Sequence record: MZ574431.2
Length of the DNA: 64,000 nucleotides
Reading direction: 5' to 3' (one strand)
A program made the position numbers and the translations under genes. The notes under the pieces were generated by a model. It was not told the DNA's origin and did not search any database. It saw only the letters and a program-made list of their open reading frames with translations. Shown here piece after piece: positions 54,378 through 61,977 of the stretch; the first letter of the stretch is position 1, and every line of letters begins with the position of its first letter.

Positions 54378-54674
54378 ATGACCGAAGAACCGATTCGCCT
54401 GCGCTCCGAGCCCGCCAACATGACCACCGTCGCCGTGGGCGGGGTGCTGCTGTACTTCTCATATCTGACCCTGGTGGGCTTCCGCTGCCCGCGCCTGGGA
54501 ACCGTCGTCAATCCCGAGGGCCGGGCCAAGTCCAAGACCACCGCCGCCCACATGACCCACTTTGGCCTCAACGCGCTGGGAACGGGTCAATGCAGCACTG
54601 AAGAAGACTTTCAGACCCTGGCCATGGGTGCGGTCATGGGTTCGAGCGGCCCTGATCACCTGTTGCTCAACTAA
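54378..54674 (+). CDS. hypothetical protein
   Basis: AGGA RBS; LYFSY.TLVGF. Confidence 0.7.
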   Translation: MTEEPIRLRSEPANMTTVAVGGVLLYFSYLTLVGFRCPRLGTVVNPEGRAKSKTTAAHMTHFGLNALGTGQCSTEEDFQTLAMGAVMGSSGPDHLLLN

Positions 54675-54789
54675 AGACCTCTCCAAGGTCTTGGGCTGTC
54701 ATCTTCCCGTTAGACTATGACAGCCCAGCCCCCGCGAACACTTCCCAACACTCGAAAACACAACCCTGTGTAGAAAGCGATTCCAAGTA

Positions 54790-54852
54790 ATGCGTTTGAT
54801 CGAAGGCGGCGGCTTCCTGGCTTTGTGCTTCCTGCTGTGGCTGCTGCACTGA
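54790..54852 (+). CDS. 20-aa hydrophobic peptide candidate
   Basis: MRLIEGGGFLALCFLLWLLH; no clear RBS; hairpins upstream. Confidence 0.3.
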   Translation: MRLIEGGGFLALCFLLWLLH

Positions 54853-54859
54853 GAAAACT

Positions 54860-54899
54860 GCAAGAAGGCTGTTGACAGCATCGAGAGCCCATGCGACAA
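54860..54899 (+). promoter_or_regulatory. cassette promoter P12
   Basis: TTGACA at 54872; GCAT-N9-ATGC. Confidence 0.85.
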
Positions 54900-54927
54900 A
54901 GGCCCATCGCAACCGGAGACCGCCGCG

Positions 54928-55194
54928 ATGGCCACCGACTACGACGATTACGGGCAAGACGCCTACGACAATTACGAAGGCTCTGTCATTGACGAGGCTT
55001 TCGAGCGCAACGCCGAAGACGCCTATGAGGACGACCTGGGCGCCGAAGACCCCGACCTCGAATTCCCCGACGAGGAGGACGACGAGGCCGACCTTCGCCG
55101 GGCCGAAGGGCTCATGCCCTGGGCCACCCCCGAGGGCGTGGAGCCGGGGCAGTTCCCCCGCCGCGCCTACGACGACGACGAAATCCCGTTCTAG
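54928..55194 (+). CDS. highly acidic protein ending in an SSB-like tail DDDEIPF
   Basis: 32/88 residues D/E; own promoter and terminator. Confidence 0.75.
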   Translation: MATDYDDYGQDAYDNYEGSVIDEAFERNAEDAYEDDLGAEDPDLEFPDEEDDEADLRRAEGLMPWATPEGVEPGQFPRRAYDDDEIPF

Positions 55195-55199
55195 CGGGG

Positions 55200-55226
55200 A
55201 GGGCCTGGAGCGATCCGGGCCTTTTT
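55200..55226 (+). terminator. terminator
   Basis: same sequence as 52459. Confidence 0.8.
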
Positions 55227-55239
55227 CGCGCCGGCCAGC

Positions 55240-55268
55240 GTTAACCTTAACGCGCGCTTAAGGTTAAC
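55240..55268. promoter_or_regulatory. 29-bp TTAA four-box palindrome
   Basis: GTTAACCTTAA-CGCGCGC-TTAAGGTTAAC. Confidence 0.8.
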
Positions 55269-55327
55269 CCCGCCCGGACCGTTTTTCGTTTTGGCTGTCG
55301 GGCGGGATTTCGTTTTGTCTGTCGAGT

Positions 55328-55368
55328 GCAAGAAAGCTGTTGACACGCATCGCAGCCCCATGCGACAA
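55328..55368 (+). promoter_or_regulatory. cassette promoter P13
   Basis: TTGACA at 55340; GCAT-N9-ATGC. Confidence 0.85.
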
Positions 55369-55396
55369 AGGCTCATCACCAACGGAGGCCTTTTTC

Positions 55397-55696
55397 ATGG
55401 CCAGCTACGAGATCACCATTTCGGTTGACGTGTCGGTCGAGGACATCGAACTCCTTTACGCCGCCGCCCTGGCCCGCGCCAAGCAAGAGGGTCAACCCGA
55501 CGACAACGCCGTCGCCCTGCTGACCAATAGCGACCCGCTGGGCCGCCCTGACGTGCCGTCCTGCCTCATGATGCTGTTCGATCCGGGCGTGAGCCCTGAC
55601 GGCACCTCGATCAACAACACCGCCGCCAAGCGCGCGGAGTACGACGAGGACGAGGACATGGACGCCTACGAGGAATCCCTGGAGGACGACAAGTGA
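55397..55696 (+). CDS. acidic hypothetical protein
   Basis: GGAGG RBS; D/E-rich tail. Confidence 0.7.
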   Translation: MASYEITISVDVSVEDIELLYAAALARAKQEGQPDDNAVALLTNSDPLGRPDVPSCLMMLFDPGVSPDGTSINNTAAKRAEYDEDEDMDAYEESLEDDK

Positions 55697-56148
55697 GCTA
55701 TTCCGGCCCCATCACCATCAGCCAAGGTCTGCGCTGGCGCCTCGATAGCTACGGCAACGGCGCGGCCTATGCCTTCTACGACCTTTCGGCCGGCGCCAGC
55801 GTCTGGCTTGAGGGCGACGACGCCAGCGCCTTCCGCGAGGCCCTCGATACGGTCGAGACCCTGCGTCCGCAAGACGAGCCTGACGAAATCCTGGGTCATC
55901 TCTGGGACGAGCACGACTATGGCGCCGCCGCCACGGTGCAGGTTGTCGTCGTGCGCCGGGTGATCCGTGAAGACACCGTCATCGCCTTGCGCCCTGGCGA
56001 GACCGAAGCGCAAGCCAAGGAACGGGCGATTTTCAATCAATCCTCCCTCAAGTGGGATACCTACGACTGCGAATATAGCGCCGACCCCGTCACCACCGAG
56101 CCGGCCGCCGAATACGACTATCTGCGCCAACTGCCCGGCGCCATCTAA
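55693..56148 (+). CDS. hypothetical protein
   Basis: GTGA overlap; SYGNG.AY...F/WL.GDDA..FR. Confidence 0.7.
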   Translation: MSYSGPITISQGLRWRLDSYGNGAAYAFYDLSAGASVWLEGDDASAFREALDTVETLRPQDEPDEILGHLWDEHDYGAAATVQVVVVRRVIREDTVIALRPGETEAQAKERAIFNQSSLKWDTYDCEYSADPVTTEPAAEYDYLRQLPGAI

Positions 56149-56154
56149 GGCCCT

Positions 56155-56184
56155 GGCCCGCCCTGACCCGGCGGGCCTTTCTTT
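56155..56184 (+). terminator. terminator
   Basis: GGCCCGCC/GGCGGGCC + TTTCTTT. Confidence 0.8.
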
Positions 56185-56195
56185 CGCCGATCGCC

Positions 56196-56224
56196 GTTAA
56201 CCCTAACCGCCCGTTAGGGTTAAC
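56196..56224. promoter_or_regulatory. 29-bp TTAA four-box palindrome
   Basis: GTTAACCCTAA-CCGCCCG-TTAGGGTTAAC. Confidence 0.8.
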
Positions 56225-56236
56225 GCCAAAGAAACT

Positions 56237-56277
56237 ACAAGAAAGCTGTTGACACGCATAGCGGCCCTATGCGAGAA
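56237..56277 (+). promoter_or_regulatory. cassette promoter P14
   Basis: TTGACA at 56249; GCAT-N9-ATGC. Confidence 0.85.
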
Positions 56278-56313
56278 CGTCCCTGCCGCATTGGCGGCCT
56301 GGAGACCTATGCC

Positions 56314-56892
56314 ATGACCCGCGATTTCGTTCCGCACGTCATCACCGCCCGCACCATCGACGGCGCCTGCTATTTCATCGGCGGCCAGACCTATGGCGAT
56401 CACCTGGGCCACGCCCGCGTCATGACCAAGGACGACGCCGAACGCCGCGTCGGCGCCCTCCAGCGCCTGGAGCGCGCCAGCGCCGAGACCCGCCGCGCCA
56501 ACGACCCCCATGAGGACGACTTTTCGGGCGTCTATGGGCTCGCCGTCGTGGCCACGACCTGGGAAGCCCTGGACAAGGCCGCCGAGGCGGTCAAGACCTG
56601 GGAAGAGGCCGACCTTGCCGCCGAGGAGGCTCACGACGCCCTTTATGACGACTATGACCCGAACGAGGGCATGAGCGCCGAGGAGATCGCCGCCGAAAGC
56701 GCGTGGTGGCGCGAGCAGATGGCCAAGGACCAGCCTTTCGCCCCTGGCCAGTCGGTGACCATCACCGATGAGCTTCACCCCGACCACGGCGCCAGCGCCC
56801 GCGTCGTCGAAGCCGAGCAATCGGGCTATCTGGTGCTTGCCCTGGGCGAGCGCCTGACCTGGGGCTTGGCCAAGGGCGTGGCCGCCGCCTAA
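56314..56892 (+). CDS. hypothetical protein
   Basis: GGAG RBS. Confidence 0.7.
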   Translation: MTRDFVPHVITARTIDGACYFIGGQTYGDHLGHARVMTKDDAERRVGALQRLERASAETRRANDPHEDDFSGVYGLAVVATTWEALDKAAEAVKTWEEADLAAEEAHDALYDDYDPNEGMSAEEIAAESAWWREQMAKDQPFAPGQSVTITDELHPDHGASARVVEAEQSGYLVLALGERLTWGLAKGVAAA

Positions 56893-56896
56893 AGAA

Positions 56897-56924
56897 AAAG
56901 GCCCTGGCGAGCGCCGGGGCCTTT
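56897..56924 (+). terminator. terminator (A-run upstream, possibly bidirectional)
   Basis: AAAGGCCCTGGC/GCCGGGGCCTTT. Confidence 0.75.
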
Positions 56925-56939
56925 CGATCGTAAGCTGTG

Positions 56940-56968
56940 ATTAACCCTAACGCCGCCTTAAGGTTAAT
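56940..56968. promoter_or_regulatory. 29-bp TTAA four-box palindrome
   Basis: ATTAACCCTAA-CGCCGCC-TTAAGGTTAAT. Confidence 0.75.
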
Positions 56969-57200
56969 CCTTGGCCGAGCGCCGATGCGGGTTCGAGCGA
57001 AGCCATGTGTCGGCTTCGGTGCGGGTCGAGAACGGCGCCCCGCCAATGCCCGTGGTTCCGTCATCCCATTGGATCGTCCAGCCGACCTGAATGACTTCCC
57101 AGTCCTGGGAGACGCCGAACGGGATCGTAGCATGGATAGGGATACGGTTATGGGGCGGGCGCTTGAGTTGGCGCACCCGCGCCGGGATCACTTGCGGCAT
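56964..57200 (-). CDS. 78-aa hypothetical protein, the only convincing minus-strand gene
   Basis: minus-strand AGGAAA RBS and TTGACA(57270-57265)-N16-TACTTT; QVGWTIQWDDGTTGIG. Confidence 0.6.
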   Translation of the reverse strand: MPQVIPARVRQLKRPPHNRIPIHATIPFGVSQDWEVIQVGWTIQWDDGTTGIGGAPFSTRTEADTWLRSNPHRRSAKD

Positions 57201-57306
57201 TGGGATTTCCTGTAGGTCAAGCGGAGGCTTGGGCCATCGAGGAAAGTACCACGCCGCCGGCCCATGTCAAGAACGGCGCCACGGGTCAAGAATCGCGACT
57301 CAAGGC

Positions 57307-57347
57307 GCAAGAAAACTGTTGACACGCATCGCGCCGCCATGCGACAA
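57307..57347 (+). promoter_or_regulatory. cassette promoter P15
   Basis: TTGACA at 57319; GCAT-N9-ATGC. Confidence 0.85.
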
Positions 57348-57374
57348 AGGCTCAGCACAACAGGGACACCCGCC

Positions 57375-57818
57375 ATGAACCTCGAAGACTGGTTTTACCC
57401 TTCCTCCGACATCTCCAACTCTGACCAGACCATCGACTCCCGCGACGTCATCAAGCGGGTCGATGAACTGCAAGCCGCTTTCGATGACGCCGAGATCGAT
57501 CCTGATCAGGTGCTCGCCGACGACGAGCTAGACCTGGGCAAGGACGCCGAGGAAATCCGCGACGCCGCCCAAGAGCTTAAGGCGCTCAAGGACTTCGCCG
57601 AGGAGGGCGAGAACTACGCCGCCGACTGGACGAGCGGCGAAACCCTGATCCGAGAAAGCTATTTCGTCGAGTATGCCGAGCAGCTTTGCAAGGACATCGG
57701 CGACCTGCCCGACAACATCCCCGGCTATCTGGCCATTGACTGGGAAAAGACCGCCAACAACATCAAGGCCGATTACTCCGAAATCGAGTTTGACGGCGTC
57801 ACCTATCTGGTCCGCTAA
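57375..57818 (+). CDS. acidic ArdA-like antirestriction (DNA-mimic) protein
   Basis: EYAEQL..DIG.LP.....Y..IDWEK.A.......Y resembles ArdA C-terminal domain; D/E-rich. Confidence 0.55.
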   Translation: MNLEDWFYPSSDISNSDQTIDSRDVIKRVDELQAAFDDAEIDPDQVLADDELDLGKDAEEIRDAAQELKALKDFAEEGENYAADWTSGETLIRESYFVEYAEQLCKDIGDLPDNIPGYLAIDWEKTANNIKADYSEIEFDGVTYLVR

Positions 57819-57825
57819 GGCGAGC

Positions 57826-57853
57826 GGCCGGCGTCCCCTGGGCGCCGGCCTTT
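57826..57853 (+). terminator. terminator
   Basis: GGCCGGCG/CGCCGGCC + TTT. Confidence 0.75.
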
Positions 57854-57868
57854 CCCTGGCCACGATCG

Positions 57869-57907
57869 GTTAACCTTAACGCCTGGGGCCAGACGGTTAA
57901 GGTTAAC
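57869..57907. promoter_or_regulatory. TTAA four-box palindrome with 17-bp instead of 7-bp centre
   Basis: GTTAACCTTAA-N17-TTAAGGTTAAC. Confidence 0.7.
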
Positions 57908-57928
57908 GCAAGGCCCTGGCGAGGGAAC

Positions 57929-58015
57929 GTCAAGGCCGCGAGCTAGGATTACTCGCGAATGGCTTAGCCGGCGTCCAGCCGGCGGCGCCTTCGACCACCG
58001 CGAGGCGGCCTTGAC
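57929..58015 (-). ncRNA. candidate structured non-coding RNA
   Basis: 11-bp closing stem GTCAAGGCCGC/GCGGCCTTGAC with internal hairpins; minus-strand TTGACA(58050-58045)-N15-GCGAGACT upstream. Confidence 0.35.
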
Positions 58016-58064
58016 CCTGACAGTCTCGCCCAAGCGCCGCGCCATGTCAACCGATTTCTTATGT

Positions 58065-58104
58065 GCAAGAAACCTGTTGACAGCATGTCCGCCCCATGCG
58101 AGAA
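58065..58104 (+). promoter_or_regulatory. cassette promoter P16
   Basis: TTGACA at 58077; GCAT-N9-ATGC. Confidence 0.85.
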
Positions 58105-58132
58105 AGCCTCATCATTCACTGGGAACGACCCC

Positions 58133-58792
58133 ATGCCCCGCACCGTCACCAAACAGGTCTACAAGTTCACCGAACTGAGCGACAAGGCCAAAGCCAAGGC
58201 CGTCGAGTGGTATCGCGAGCTTGAGATGCAAGAAACCGGCTGGTGGGATTACGTCTATGAAGAGGCCGACCGCATCGCCGACGCCTTCGGGATCACGCTC
58301 AATCGCAGCGAAGCCGGCAAGCCCATGTCCGGCCCCGACATCCTGTTCAGCGGCTTCTACAGCCAAGGCGACGGCGCCTGTTTCCAAGGCCGCTACGCCA
58401 GCCCCCAAATCCCGGCCGTGGAGGGCTTCGCCGCCCTCGGGATCGAAGACGACAACCTCAAGGCCCTCGCCGTGCGCCTGGACGCTCTGAGCGCCAAGAC
58501 CGGCGGACGCCTGACGACCGTGGTTCGCCACAGCGGTTACTATTATCACGAGTATTGCACCGCCTTCGAAACCGAACTGACCGACCCTGAAGACGGTTCG
58601 GACTTCGACCCCTACGCCTATGACGTGGAGGATGAAAAGGAACTGGTCGACATCCTGCGCCGGTTCATGAAGTGGATTTATCGTCAGCTTGAAGAGGCCG
58701 ATGAGGCCCGCCTGTCTGACGAGACGATCACCGAAGCCCTCGCCGACTCCGACTACGAGTTTGAGGCCAGCGGGGCGCCGACCAGAGACTAG
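58133..58792 (+). CDS. conserved protein of a family seen on ICEs/plasmids
   Basis: VYKF.ELSD.AK.KA..WYR; FSGF.SQGDGACF; YRQLE......SDE; recalled database label 'antitoxin of TA stability system' is unvalidated. Confidence 0.65.
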   Translation: MPRTVTKQVYKFTELSDKAKAKAVEWYRELEMQETGWWDYVYEEADRIADAFGITLNRSEAGKPMSGPDILFSGFYSQGDGACFQGRYASPQIPAVEGFAALGIEDDNLKALAVRLDALSAKTGGRLTTVVRHSGYYYHEYCTAFETELTDPEDGSDFDPYAYDVEDEKELVDILRRFMKWIYRQLEEADEARLSDETITEALADSDYEFEASGAPTRD

Positions 58793-58855
58793 GCCAAGAC
58801 GGCGCCCGGCCCTCCCGCCGGGCGCCGATCGTGGTTAACGCCGTGTCGGGTTTTT

Positions 58856-58883
58856 GTAACCTTAACCCTCTGTTAAGGTTAAT
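58856..58883. promoter_or_regulatory. TTAA four-box palindrome (degenerate)
   Basis: GTAACCTTAA-CCCTCTG-TTAAGGTTAAT. Confidence 0.7.
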
Positions 58884-58915
58884 GAAAAAGGCCCTTTCCG
58901 TTAACCACGAATAAT

Positions 58916-58956
58916 GCGAGAAAGCTGTTGACACGCATCGCAGCCCCATGCGACAA
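58916..58956 (+). promoter_or_regulatory. cassette promoter P17
   Basis: TTGACA at 58928; core identical to P13. Confidence 0.85.
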
Positions 58957-58982
58957 AGGGCCATCGCAACGGGAGACACCCC

Positions 58983-59270
58983 ATGACGAAACAAGCCCCA
59001 AAGCGCCGCAAGCGCTACCCGCCCAAGAGCGACGCGGCCAAGGCCCGCGCCGCCGCCAAGAGCAAGGCGTTTTTCGCCCGCCACGCCCTCAAGGCCACCG
59101 AGGCGGCTATCGCCGCCATGGCGGCGGGCGATCAAAAGGCCGTCCAACGCCACGCCAAGGACGCCCGGCGCCTCAATCGCTGGATGTGCCACAAGCGCGA
59201 CATCGCCGCCGCCTTCAAGGCCGTGTTCGACATCCGCGCCGCCGCTCAAGCCCTGCGAACCGCCGCATGA
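58983..59270 (+). CDS. Lys/Ala/Arg-rich basic protein
   Basis: GGGAGACACCCC leader. Confidence 0.7.
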   Translation: MTKQAPKRRKRYPPKSDAAKARAAAKSKAFFARHALKATEAAIAAMAAGDQKAVQRHAKDARRLNRWMCHKRDIAAAFKAVFDIRAAAQALRTAA

Positions 59271-59482
59271 TCCGCCGCCCCGCCCTCATGACCTGCATCG
59301 CCGGCGCCGCCCTCATCCTGTCGGGCGTGGCCGTTTCGGCCGCCAGCGCCCCGGAAAAGCGGGTTCTCGTCGGTCAATACTGCGACGGCGACCCCGTGCG
59401 CCTCTATGGCCTGGAGGACGGCGAGGAAGCCGCCCAAGCCTGCGCCATCGTCGAGGTCCACGCCCTGCCGAAAGGACTCTGA
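59267..59482 (+). CDS. small secreted protein
   Basis: ATGA overlap; signal-peptide-like N-terminus. Confidence 0.6.
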   Translation: MIRRPALMTCIAGAALILSGVAVSAASAPEKRVLVGQYCDGDPVRLYGLEDGEEAAQACAIVEVHALPKGL

Positions 59483-59484
59483 CC

Positions 59485-59943
59485 ATGCCCGGACATCCCG
59501 CCTTCGATCTTGATGAGCGCGAAGCCGCCGCCGTCATTGCCGGCCTGCGCCTGCTGCAACGCATCGGCGTGCCGGTCGAGCTAGAAGACGTCGCCACCAA
59601 CGGCGGCGCCTTCGACGTGCTCGATGACACCGCCATCGACGCGCTCTGCGAGCGCATCAATCTGGACCTGACCACCACGCCGCCGCCCGTGCTGATCGAG
59701 AGCCGCGAGGAGCCGGTTCGCGTCGAGGACCTCAAGGGCGGCATGATGTGCGACCTTGAGGGCGACATGTTCGCCGACAACGCCGGCCGTTACCCCGAAT
59801 TCGAGTTCGCCTATGCCGTCGTTGTCGAGGTGCAGGTCAACCCGAAGGGCGAGCCGCCTGGAACCGTGATCGTCGAGTTCGACAAGATCACCGTGGCCTT
59901 TCCCATCGGCCACACCCTGCCGACCATCAAGGACCCGCAATAA
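59485..59943 (+). CDS. two-domain hypothetical protein
   Basis: RE.A.V.AGLRLLQ...D.LCERIN N-domain. Confidence 0.7.
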   Translation: MPGHPAFDLDEREAAAVIAGLRLLQRIGVPVELEDVATNGGAFDVLDDTAIDALCERINLDLTTTPPPVLIESREEPVRVEDLKGGMMCDLEGDMFADNAGRYPEFEFAYAVVVEVQVNPKGEPPGTVIVEFDKITVAFPIGHTLPTIKDPQ

Positions 59944-59946
59944 AAC

Positions 59947-59986
59947 GCAAGAAAGCTGTTGACAGCATAATCAGCCTATGCGAGAA
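59947..59986 (+). promoter_or_regulatory. cassette promoter P18
   Basis: TTGACA at 59959; GCAT-N9-ATGC. Confidence 0.85.
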
Positions 59987-60024
59987 AGGATCGTCAAAGG
60001 CGATCCCGCCTCGTGGAGACACCC

Positions 60025-60369
60025 ATGAAACTGGTCAAGTCCAACATCATCGACAACCACCGCATGACGGCGCTGCGCAACTGCATCACCGTCGCCATCG
60101 AGCGCTTTCAAGAGCACGTCGATGAGATGAAGCCGGCCGCCGAGCAATACGAGGCCGCCGACGACGCGGGCAAGAAGGCCCTGGAAGCGGCCACGCCCAT
60201 GGTTCACCCTCGCGTCTATCGCCAGCTTTCCGACCAGTTCGAGGGCCAGATCGAAGAAGCCCGCAAGCTGCTGGACTGGCTGGACGGCGACGCCTACCAA
60301 GACGCCTCGGGCGAGTTCCCCGAAGGCACCGATTTCGTCGTCGTCGCCGGCCTCGTCCGCGACTACTGA
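60025..60369 (+). CDS. hypothetical protein
   Basis: GGAGACACCCATG leader. Confidence 0.7.
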   Translation: MKLVKSNIIDNHRMTALRNCITVAIERFQEHVDEMKPAAEQYEAADDAGKKALEAATPMVHPRVYRQLSDQFEGQIEEARKLLDWLDGDAYQDASGEFPEGTDFVVVAGLVRDY

Positions 60370-60376
60370 CCAAGCC

Positions 60377-60403
60377 AAGGCCCGCCTCACCGGCGGGCCT
60401 TTT
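60377..60403 (+). terminator. terminator
   Basis: AAGGCCCGCC/GGCGGGCCTT + TT. Confidence 0.8.
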
Positions 60404-60417
60404 CCTCGCCAGCCCAC

Positions 60418-60446
60418 GTTAACCTTAACGCCGCGTTAGGGTTAAC
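60418..60446. promoter_or_regulatory. 29-bp TTAA four-box palindrome
   Basis: GTTAACCTTAA-CGCCGCG-TTAGGGTTAAC. Confidence 0.75.
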
Positions 60447-60477
60447 GGCGGGCCGGTTTTCGTTAACCAAAGAAAAT

Positions 60478-60518
60478 GCAAGAAACCTGTTGACTGACAT
60501 CTTGGTTCTATGCGACAA
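60478..60518 (+). promoter_or_regulatory. cassette promoter P19 (dyad variant ACAT-N9-ATGC)
   Basis: TTGACT at 60490. Confidence 0.8.
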
Positions 60519-60545
60519 AGGCCCATCACCAACGGGAACGCTCCC

Positions 60546-60944
60546 ATGACCCAAGACCTGACCACCGAAGAACGCAACGCCAAGCTCGCCGAAATGGCCG
60601 ATCACTGGCGCGAGCAACTCAAGGTCGCCCAGGCTCGCCTTGACATGACCGTGCTGGTCGGCAAGGGCTTTATCTGCGCCCTGGACCGCGATCAATCGAT
60701 GGCGATCCGCGCCGATGGTCCCGACCGCTATCGCCTGTGGCCGGTGTCGGCGCACCTGACCCACCTCCTCCACTTCACCAAGCTTGACGCCATGCGGGTC
60801 GCCGCCCATTGGAACGCGCGCCTCCCCGACGACAAGCAAGACCTGCGAGTGAGCGCCATCCACTACCGCGACGCGCTCAAAACCTTCGTGGAAGTGGCCA
60901 AGTCGCAAATCGCCTGGATCGAAGGCGGCTGCAAGGCGGCCTGA
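60546..60944 (+). CDS. hypothetical protein
   Basis: GGGAA RBS. Confidence 0.7.
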   Translation: MTQDLTTEERNAKLAEMADHWREQLKVAQARLDMTVLVGKGFICALDRDQSMAIRADGPDRYRLWPVSAHLTHLLHFTKLDAMRVAAHWNARLPDDKQDLRVSAIHYRDALKTFVEVAKSQIAWIEGGCKAA

Positions 60945-60995
60945 TCTTGACGCCCTCCGGCTCCGGCCGGAGGGTTAATTTTTGGCCAGCCTGCA

Positions 60996-61084
60996 TTAAC
61001 CTTAACGCGCAACCGTTCTCAGGTTAACCTTAACGTGAAAACGGTTGCAGGTTAACCTTAACCCCGCCCGCCCAGGCCTTAACC
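60996..61084. promoter_or_regulatory. three direct TTAACCTTAAC copies at 28-bp period
   Basis: at 60996, 61024, 61052; internal GCAACCGTT/AACGGTTGC dyad. Confidence 0.75.
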
Positions 61085-61092
61085 AAACCTCG

Positions 61093-61132
61093 CGAGAAAA
61101 CTGTTGACTCGCATCGAGGCCCCATGCGACAA
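61093..61132 (+). promoter_or_regulatory. cassette promoter P20 (GANTC in -35)
   Basis: TTGACTC GCAT-N9-ATGC. Confidence 0.85.
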
Positions 61133-61160
61133 GGTGACATCGACAACCGGAGGCCCTTCC

Positions 61161-61817
61161 ATGGCCAGCCCTGAAGACATCGCCACCGTCCAAGCCGCCG
61201 CCGTCTCTTTCGACCTGGAAGCGTGGGAAGCGGAAAAAGGCGAGTATGCCGAGGCTCATTGGCGTTATCTGAACTACGCCTTTGAAATCGAGACCTATTC
61301 GCACATGTTCAGCCAAGCCGAACGCGACGCCGCGCGCCGTCTCATCGAAGAATATGAGACCGCCCAGACCGACCATCAAGGCACCTATGTTGACGAGAGC
61401 GCCGCGCTCATCGCCAGCGCCGACGCCTTCACCCGCCAATATATCGCCAGCGCCCTTTGGACCGGCGTCGAGTTGCCCTATGGCGACGACCGCGCCGACA
61501 GCGGCGGCGCCTATGACCTCGAAGAGGATTCGATCATCCCCGCCACGCTGCGCGACATGATCGAAGATTGCGCCACCTTCCAACGCGACAACGCCGACAC
61601 CCTGGCCAAGGCCTATGAGTCGGACGTGTATATTCAAGGCGAGCGCTACAACGCCAGCAACGCGGGGCACGATTTTTGGCTGACCCGCAACGGCCATGGC
61701 GCGGGCTTTTGGGATCGCGGCCTAGAAGAGGTCGGCGAGGCCCTGACCAAGGCCTGCAAGGCGTTCGGGGAATACTATCTCGCCATGAGCGACAACGGCG
61801 AAATCTCCAAGATGTGA
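61161..61817 (+). CDS. conserved phage hypothetical protein
   Basis: GGAGG RBS; AGHDFWLTRNGHGAGFWDRG. Confidence 0.75.
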   Translation: MASPEDIATVQAAAVSFDLEAWEAEKGEYAEAHWRYLNYAFEIETYSHMFSQAERDAARRLIEEYETAQTDHQGTYVDESAALIASADAFTRQYIASALWTGVELPYGDDRADSGGAYDLEEDSIIPATLRDMIEDCATFQRDNADTLAKAYESDVYIQGERYNASNAGHDFWLTRNGHGAGFWDRGLEEVGEALTKACKAFGEYYLAMSDNGEISKM

Positions 61818-61822
61818 CGATC

Positions 61823-61850
61823 AAGGCCCGCGCTTGACGCGGGCCTTTTT
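61823..61850 (+). terminator. terminator
   Basis: AAGGCCCGCG/CGCGGGCCTT + TTT. Confidence 0.85.
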
Positions 61851-61906
61851 CTGCCCCGTCCGGGTTAACCTTAACGCCGGGCGACTTTCCGTTAACCGAA
61901 GAAAAT

Positions 61907-61947
61907 GCAAGAAAGCTGTTGACTCGCATCTTCGTTATATGCGAACT
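61907..61947 (+). promoter_or_regulatory. cassette promoter P21 (GANTC in -35)
   Basis: TTGACTC GCAT-N9-ATGC; GTTAACCTTAAC at 61864. Confidence 0.85.
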
Positions 61948-61977
61948 TGACGACATCGGAAATCAAGGAACGCCGAC

